Source: Amoebidium appalachense
Taxonomy: Eukaryota; Protista; Ichthyosporea
Reading direction: 5' to 3'
DNA: 64,000 nucleotides
NCBI GenBank assembly: GCA_963693365.1
Contig: CAVNZM010000007.1
Location: 4,275,962-4,339,961 of the forward strand
The translations under genes were made by a program, and so were the position numbers. Of this stretch, positions 55,433 through 64,000 are shown piece after piece (within the stretch, counting starts at the first letter, position 1; the number at the start of each line of letters is the position of its first letter). A model generated the notes under the pieces. That model saw only the letters and a list, made by a program, of their open reading frames with translations, searched no databases and was not told the origin of the DNA.

Positions 55433-56288
55433 GTGGCACTGGACATAGGCATTTGCACCAGCTAAAATAACAACCACACCGGGCAGGGTTTCGCAAAGTA
55501 CCGGTACGTCGAGGGCACAAAGATACGTAACCAGCAATAGCATGCAGCACGGGCCACTAGACTCAGCCCATCATTATGGGCTATGATCAGGCCGGCCATA
55601 CTTCAACTTACCCTGGGTAACTGCACGAAAGTTTGAATATAAAAAGGAAAACGGTACCGCGTGGCATACACGTGACTGTGGGTTACGTGCGTAAGCAGCT
55701 GCATGGCAGTCACATCATACATGAGCAGCATATACTATGGCCATAAATGGCTTCATTATATTGCCTGATGGGGCATCCACAGCACAATTGTAGCGATTAT
55801 ATTTGTATCGGGTTTGCAACGGGGCGTAATATCCAACATGAACCAGTCACGCATTCAACACTAGCATGGTGCTGGCCCGTCTGTACATGTACACACACTA
55901 GACCTAAAGCTGCAGCTGCACAGGGGTCGCTTTTAACTATTTACAGGCAGTACAAAAACATGTTCACACATCTGTCGCTTAGCCTAATGGAAAATCAGTA
56001 TGTCATTATGGTCGTTGTCGTGGTTACTCCAAATCCGGGCACATGCATACAAAGCCGCCACTGTTGCTGCTGCGGGTTGATCAAAGGCAGCAGAGCTAGA
56101 GAACCACCATTCGCATCTGCTTCATGCATCGAAATAGAAAAGACGCCACGGATCTATACACGTTCGTGCCAACATATTCCTAGAGAATGCTACTAACAGG
56201 CACGGCCAGCACAGCACCACCAACGCGCAGTAACATATCGGGCGTATGCACACACGATGCTGCACAGAGACCTGCTGCATGTTGCAGG

Positions 56289-57236
56289 TCACAGGCTGTT
56301 GCTTGCACCGTCTGGGCCCGGTGCTGGTTGGGTTGGTTTCTGCTGGTTGAGCCTCTCATTGAGAGCCTTGAGCCCAAGTTGCCTGCATGCCCACTAGGTT
56401 AGACCACACCGGGTGCAGCCCAACACACCCAAAACAGTTGCCGCTATCCTGCCCTATTTTCACGCCACCCTTTGCACTCAATGTGTCCGTAATACCAAGT
56501 GCAGTGGCAGTCTCAGGCCGTGGAAGGGACACACATGCCAAGAACATACAGCCCGCCCTCATCCAACGCATTGTGCACTGACCATAAACAAGGAGTAAAA
56601 CAGAAACCCTGGGATTTGTTCGCAAATACTTGTGCCTGCAGACGCATCAGCCCGCATACAGACATTAAGCAGCCTCCCCCCCCCCCCCCCCCCCCCCCCC
56701 CCCAAAATAAAAAAATAAAAAAATTACATCTCTGCTCACATCACTCTTCCCCCTCTCCAACACTGCCCTTTGCCGTAGCCCATCGTTTTCCCCTTCCATA
56801 ATTACCAGCACGTGCCACACATACACCCACTACACCACAACCCTCCCCCCCCCCCCCCCCCCTCCCCCCTTCCCCTCCTCCCCCCCCCCCTCCCTCCCCC
56901 CGTTTGTAATACGTACCTCTGGCGCTCTCTGTCGCCACTAGTCACATCCGTGGTGTTCCTGCGTGCCAGCACCTGGAAGTCCTCCTGGGGCTTAGGCACT
57001 AGCCTAATGGCCACAGCAACCCCGTACACCTTGGTGGAGAACCACCCCACTGCTGGCCTGCACCCCCCCAAACTCAAAAGTGAGAGACCGTGGCCGGCAA
57101 CATCACTAGGGCCAAACATAGCCCGACACCCTAGTGGCCACTCAGCTGCAGAATTCTAGGTCTGTCCCAGCTGCAGAATTCTAGGTCCGTCCCAAAGGCA
57201 CAGTTGTGATCGTTGGTAATATTTGAGACAAATAAT

Positions 57237-57274
<38 letters not shown>

Positions 57275-58035
57275 AAAACACACACACACGCCCCACCCCA
57301 GCCCACACTCACCCACCCACCCATCCACCCACATACACACACACCACCCCCCGCTGGGGATGCGGGAAACACTGCCCCCTCCACCGGGGATCTAGAGCAG
57401 CCCCCCCCCCCCCCCCCCCCCCCCCTCCCCCCCCCCCTCAACCCCTCCCCCCGGTGTAGAAGCATACACCAGACACATGCGCTTCCAGCAACAACAGATC
57501 CACTGTGTCTTTTCCCAGCCACATGCACTAATGCACACACTACACCTGCATGCACAACCAATACATATACACCACACATTCACTCACTGCAGCAGCTCTG
57601 GGAAGATGCTAGCAAAGGCAAAGGACTTTGAGTAGTCGCCCTGCAGGTTGTCGATCTTCTGGTAGAACCGCAGATATGTCCAGCCCACAAGCACCCCAGC
57701 ACCGCACAGGCAGAACTGGTACAGTGACCCCCCCAGCAGTGCGGCAAGCCCTGTTACCAACACCAGCAGCAGCGGCATGTGCTTCAGAGGGGAAGGGATG
57801 GGGAGCGGGGAGGGGGAGGGGGGGGGGGGGGGGGGGGGGGGTTGCAGGTCAGCAAGCAGCCTAACCATACCTCAAGTTCACAAATGCTCCACAGCCTGAG
57901 CTCAATAAGATTGCTCAACAGGCGGACAGGCTCATCAGAGTTTTTATCTTCCATATTCCTGCCCCCCGTTTGCCCCCCCCCTCCCCCTTCTCTCCCCAGA
58001 GCCCTCTTGCACTCTTGGAAACATTTGCCCGGAGA

Positions 58036-58121
<86 letters not shown>

Positions 58122-59176
58122 CCGGGGCCCTCTTGGAACCATTTGTCTGGCAATCACTCCCCCTTCCCCCCCTCCCCCCCGGGGAGGGGGGGGGGGGAGG
58201 GGGGGGGGGCTTTTGGCATTGTGTCCAGTAATTATCCCCCCTCCTCCCCTCCTTCCCCCCCCCCCAAACCCCCCATCCACCCCCAAAACACCAAGCTCAT
58301 CAGCCATACACACAACCACATGTGCACACACACACACCCTCTCCCCCAACGACACAGCCATCCAACCCCACCACCTGCATGCATGCGTACAGGCCAAGCA
58401 CTCACCCGTGCACGGAACGGCAGGGTGGCAGGGCCCACCTTGAGCCGCATCTCGGGATACAGCTGCCACATGGCCACAGAAAACCCTCCCACTGCCCCGC
58501 CAAACCCACAGCCCGCTGTAAACCTGCACACAGGCAGCAGGAAAGGTTGGTGGTGTGATAGAAGAACACACAGGGGTGGTGAAGGGGTCATAGGCAGGAT
58601 CTATCACCTGTACATCAAAGCTCTGCAACTGGTTGCCACCTCATAACACCGCACAATGCAACAGCACTAATTTTCATTTCATCAGATTGGCCAACAGCAT
58701 ACACACATCAGCTTTACCAGGGGACGCTGCCAGCAAAACGTAAAACACCCCCATAACCCCCATGCAGCAGCCCACCCAATTAGCACACACACACATACAA
58801 ACACACATACACAACCACACACACCCACCCACCCATCCACCCACCCACAGCAGCATTCGGGGCACGTACAGATAGTCCTCCCTGTAAGTCAGACCATAGG
58901 CCAGCACCATGGCAAAGAGGGTGGCCACGGTGGCCATGAAGTTGACCAGCACGATGAACAGCGCAAACTGCCTGTCCCCCCACAGGGGCACACAGTGGCT
59001 GGACATGTAGAACAGGCTGAACACGTCCACAAATAGCTGCACCCCCGCAAAGTGTCAACACCGGCACAAAAACATGGTCTAACTGAACATATTTAGTCCC
59101 CCCCCCCCCCCCCCATCTCCCTTTGGTCCGAGATACATAAGACCCATCCTATGCTGCATGTTCGTATCCCTCCCGC

Positions 59177-59212
<36 letters not shown>

Positions 59213-60547
59213 ACACACACACACAAAAAAAAAAAGGGAAAAAGAAAGAAAGAAAGAAAGAAAGAAGGACAGAGGGAGGGGGAGAGAGAGAAAAGAAACC
59301 CTCGACAATTCTAAAGCTCTAACCCCCTGAAATTCTCACCCCCTTAAGCCTTGTGTCCCACTCAATATAGTATGGCATTTACAACCCCTCCTTCCCCACT
59401 CCTCCCCCCGGCCCCACACAGACACCCTGCCCGTTCCCCCCGGGCTCTCCCTCCCGGCTACTCTCCCGCCCTCCCCACCAAAAAAAAACGAACGAAAAGT
59501 TGGTCCCTACTACCCATACCAAAAACACATCAAGCCCCCTGATAATTGCACCGGCAAAAGCACCACCACCACTTACTATGCCCAAGCACTAAGCACTCAC
59601 CCGCAGAATGGATTTCTCCAGGTATGCAGCGGTGAGGCCGGCCCACAGGTAGAAATTGCTCATTACACTACATTGCACCACCCCGATGATAAGCGGATGT
59701 GCTTTTGTGCTGGTCTAGCATTATGCTACTTATGGAAAAAGACACGGAAAGCCCCTTCGTGTAAAGCACAAGGCACACTCTAAGGCGTGAGACTGCATAA
59801 CAAGCCAGCAACTCTAACACACAGTCACAGTGTTAACTCCATGAGATAAGACAAGCAATCCAGGCATGGGTAATGCTGGAGGTCACAAGCGCCATACCAC
59901 CTTGTTCCCTCTCTCTTCCCCCTGTTTCTCCCTTCTCTCCCTTTATTTCTGGTCTTTATTCCTTTGTGGTACTGGGTAGGTGCATGGAGGTGACGTGGGG
60001 GAGGGACAGGAGGGGACGGCAGCAGGGGGGAGAGAGGGTTGGGAGGTTGCATACTAGGCAGGGGTCATGCCGAGTGTTTCCCTCACAGGGTCTATCTGTG
60101 CCAGCAGAAAGCCCACCAGCAGGGTGCCGGCTATGACCTTTGTGAACCGGGACGAGCTCTTGACGGCATTTTGGATGGCCTGCCGTGTGTTCCTTTCAGT
60201 CCCTCCCCCCCTCCCTCCTCCCCCGATCCCTCCAACCCCCTCCCCCCCCCCCCCCCCTCTCCTCCACCGCCCCCCTCCTTCCCCCCCCCCCAGTGGAGGC
60301 CGGTCAATAGAAGGGATCTTAGATCTAGGCGTAACAGATGGGATATTAACCCTAGAAACTCAACTTGCAAGCACCCACAGCCTGCCAAAAGGACCATTTC
60401 TAACAGATGGGATCTCACATAAATGCGCCAACCTGCCAACAAACAAAACAGTTCCGAAGAGTTGGGGTGAAGACACGATCCTTGCTTTTTGGCTCAAAAA
60501 GGAGCATGGTACTTTCACGTGCATCTTACCTGTATATTTGGAGCCAT
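56289..60547 (-). CDS. TMEM115: TMEM115 (Golgi rhomboid-like pseudoprotease, DUF1751), 307 aa, 8 exons
   Basis: Exons 60547-60530, 60179-60055, 59667-59601, 59036-58870, 58523-58406, 57781-57588, 57057-56917, 56382-56289 with consistent phases. Motifs: PLWG, GFGG, VGWTYLRFYQ, GDYSKSFAFASIFPELLQP, ERQRQLGLKALNERL. Confidence 0.93.
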
Positions 60548-60720
60548 GGCTGTGTGTGGGCAACCACTGGTTGCAGCTGCCCTGGGCCTGTGGTGTGCGA
60601 ATAAGTCCGGGCTGATTTCAAACAGACCTCTTGCTGAGCCTAGTGCCAAAGTAGAGGTCAGAGAAGCACACACACATCGGGGTACCCGGAGGGGAAAATA
60701 CGAACCCCAAAAGTAAGGGC

Positions 60721-60764
<44 letters not shown>

Positions 60765-60998
60765 TGTGTGTGTGTGTGTGCATGTGTGTGTGTGTGTGTG
60801 TGTGCCATGTGATGTGTCTGTGGTGTGTGTGTGTGTGTGTTCGGGGAGACATTGTCACAGGAAACCCTATTCCATGATCGCCCGACAGGCAAAAGGACAA
60901 AGAGATCCTAAAACTATATGTGCCTAATGTGTGACCGGTTAAAATTTATGTGTAAAAAGTTTTCTAAATGCCAACACATGCAGGGCGCCGGGCAAGGG

Positions 60999-61033
<35 letters not shown>

Positions 61034-62728
61034 GGGGGGGGGGTGGCGCAGGTGAAAGGGAGCATCCGTCTTTCTGTAAAAGAGGGAGCATGCACATGGA
61101 TGTGCTGGACCTAGAATCTGTCCAGATGTGCCGACATAGAATCTGTGCAGGTGGTTGCACTTGCAGGGTTGCAATGAAAACAAAGGCCATTACTATCACG
61201 TTCCTCGGCTTCAGAGCACCGAGAGCTCGGAGTTAGAAAACAACCCAAGGATCTACGTTTGGCTATGAATCAAAAACCAGGTGAATACAGCCAAACTACC
61301 AAGAATTTCCTATAACTATAAATGTTAAAGCTGTGGGCTTTTCCTAGAAAACAAAGCACAGAGCAACTGTGCTGACCCACCTCAGAAGATCTCGGCCGAA
61401 GTCCGGAGATCAAAGTGCCGATGGATCCGGTTTCAGTGAACAACTATACCTAAGGCGACTGGCAGTATCACTGCGTCTGCACACCAAAAACCTCTACAAA
61501 AAAACACAGTCTAATATAATTCGAACATCTGCCGTCGCATATATTAGACAAAGGCAAAGATACAGCAACCCTTAATAGTTTTGGGATATCCGACCGCGGT
61601 GCGCAGTCACTTCGCAACGCGGAGAAATCAAACCTCTTCCGGGCTCTAATGGAAATTACGCAAGAAAAAATCTGCTCAGACGGAGATGATTGGTTAGAGT
61701 AATTTGCGATCTAGCGGGCGATTAGACCCATCAATTTCCCAGTTGCCGGGCTTTCAGGAGTCTCTCAGAATCCTGCTAGAAACTTGCCAAGAATAAATAC
61801 AAAGTCAAAATAAAAAGAAAGACACTAACTAAAAATATTAGCGTGCAAAATATTTGCGTGTACAATATATAACAGCGGTTTATTTCTGAAAACAAATAAT
61901 GCCGGCAAAAAGCCAAATTGCGAACCTTCAGCACCTTGAGAATCCAGGGGGATGCTTTTTCATTAGGGTTACGCAAGGCAAACGTTTGCGTCATCCCTTT
62001 TTGTCACAGTGAGCCGGGCCTGGGCCTGAGAACTTTTGAAAGGAAGGCCTAGGGAACGCAGTTTTTTGATGTACGTGTTTGGCTGAGAGATGTTTAATGT
62101 TTACACTGGCGACTGTACGTTTATATCGACAAAGAGAGTGACCAATAGGGAAGATTATTCGTGTAGGTTTGTGTAAACAAGCCCTTGGATATGGCTTTTG
62201 CTACTTATCGAATGAACCTTGATTAAGTAACACCAGTGACGCTCCGCCTGAGTAGGGTAAGGTTCCCACTTCAGTAATGTCTGAGTCTTGCCCGGGGTTC
62301 AGGTGTACAACCTTGCAATCCTCCACACCTTTTTGCCTGAACGGTAGCGCATGGTTTTCCTCCCCTTACGCCTTGTTGGTCTCTCAGTCCCTCTGTTTAG
62401 TTGTTTGCGCCCCTCCCCCTTTATCCTTCTACAAACCCTCTCCCCTTCGTACTTGCTGGCGACAACACCCCCCTCTCCCCCCCCCTCCCCTTCCTCCCCG
62501 CCTCTCCCCCCCCCTGGGCGCACCCCTGCTACCAGCCCTCCTAGGACTCCTTGCCCTTATTTTGAAATTCAGCAGCATCCCCTTCTCTGTATGGTGTAAT
62601 CGACTCCCGCTTTTTATGTGGTGGTCCGTGCTTTGGCTTTTTGGCTCAGATTATCATTCGTTCAGCGCTGCCCTTACGCTTCTTCCTTGAAGCGTTTTTC
62701 CTTGTTTTTGCCTCGTTTTTGGCTCAGC

Positions 62729-63461
62729 ATGCAATGCCTTGGTGAGCTGACATCGATCACCGCTGACATCTCCACCTCAACCCTTTACCCCAAACCGTAC
62801 TGCCATGGATTCACAGCTCCTTCCCTGCCCCCTAGTTTCAACCTCCGCTTTATCCTTGGTTTTCTATGGTTGTTTTGTCAACCAATGTAAAATATCTTTC
62901 ATTCGAAGGTGTGTCTTATTTATATGAGTGTGTATGGGGGAGAAAGAGAGGAGAGGGGGGGAGGGAGTCTTTAAAGGGAAGAAGGGGGAGAGGGGATAAG
63001 AAACGATGGTAGATCCAGTCGGAAGGGGTTGCGTGTACTTGAGACTAAGCAGTGGCCCCTCTGTCAGGATGGAGCCGGTGGGAAAGTTTGTGGAGGTCTT
63101 GGATACAGGCCAAGGCCTGGTTTCGGTGCTGGAGACAGCTTGCAGGTGAGTCTTGTGTGCCCTTTGTTGTTTGTTGTGTTATTGGTGTGTTGGGGTCTTA
63201 TCAACTTTTTGTCTTCTGGGTTCGTACTGGTGTTGTAGGACATGTGTCCCCTTGAGGATTCAGCTGATGTGTGTGATATTGGTCACCTGTGGGGTCTGGA
63301 GTGGTATTTAGTTGTGGGAGAATATGCTGGGGGCTGTGCGTGGCTGTAGATGGTGCTCTGACACGTGTACAGGCTGGCAGAGAGCTGCCCACGTGAAAAT
63401 GTCGCCACCGTGTGTCACCTCCTGGAAGCTGCGGCTATGGCCCTGCTGGACCATGGCCCAG
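62729..63461 (+). CDS. 5' exons of an unidentified gene continuing past the window end
   Basis: Phase-compatible exons 62729-62741, 63013-63145, 63373-63461 (donors GTGAGC, GTGAGT, GTATTG) give MQCLDPVGRG...VSVLETACRLAESCPRENVATVCHLLEAAAMALLDHGP. A further acceptor lies near 63860. No recognisable domain. Confidence 0.45.
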
Positions 63462-63675
63462 GTATTGTTGACAGCCTGCTTTTTTCGGGGGGGTTCTCTC
63501 TTTTTTTTCCCTTTCACTCTATTTCTTTCTTTCTTTCTTTCTTTCTTCTTATTTATTTATTTATCCCTTTATTTATATCTTTCTATATTTTCTTCCTTGC
63601 TTTGTATGCTTTCTTTCTTTCTTCCGTTCTATTTTATTTATTTATTTATTATGATTATTTTCTTTCTTTCTTTCT

Positions 63676-63706
<31 letters not shown>

Positions 63707-64000
63707 GAGGGAGGGAGGGGGTAGGGAGGAGGAGAAGAGTGGTGTTGGGGAATGTTTGGTTCCCTTCAGGGCCCACCCTTCATCTGCCTGCACTACAACA
63801 GCCCCCCCCCCCCCCCCCCCCCCCCCCCCCCTTCCCGTCCTCCCCCACCCCACCCTTCAGGACCTGGTTGTCTGTGTTGCGGGTGACTACCTTTTACCTG
63901 TGCATGAGGGAGGGGGTTTGAACTTCTTCCTTTGACCTTTTGTTGATCGCGTCCCCCCCCCCCCCCCCCCGCGCAAAAAAAAAGGCACGCGGGGGGGGGG

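Overview
Gene-dense, intron-rich eukaryotic DNA. The gene content suggests a unicellular opisthokont/holozoan-type protist, but the organism cannot be fixed from sequence alone. Introns are packed with (TG/CA)n, (GA/TC)n and long poly-G/poly-C runs, so nearly all ORFs in the supplied track are low-complexity artefacts. I rebuilt the real genes by hand from GT-AG junctions with phase checks: a WCPPC nucleoredoxin/tryparedoxin-like thioredoxin (-), LYRM7/Mzm1 (-) head-to-head with METTL17/Rsm22 (+), a SMYD SET/MYND protein (+), NOP14 (-, about 19 exons) head-to-head with an unrecognised 228-aa protein (+), TMEM115 (-), and partial unknown genes at both edges. Accessory DNA includes an intronless frameshifted multi-pass membrane (7TM-like) gene, a 2.07-kb non-autonomous TIR element with a perfect 8-bp target-site duplication whose body is a (TG)n/(CA)n fold-back, a possible second related element, a 10 x 71-bp intronic minisatellite and a 223-bp tandem duplication. 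The most intriguing pattern is that many introns open with TG/G-rich tracts and close with complementary CA/C-rich tracts, often without a polypyrimidine tract, which suggests structure-guided splicing.
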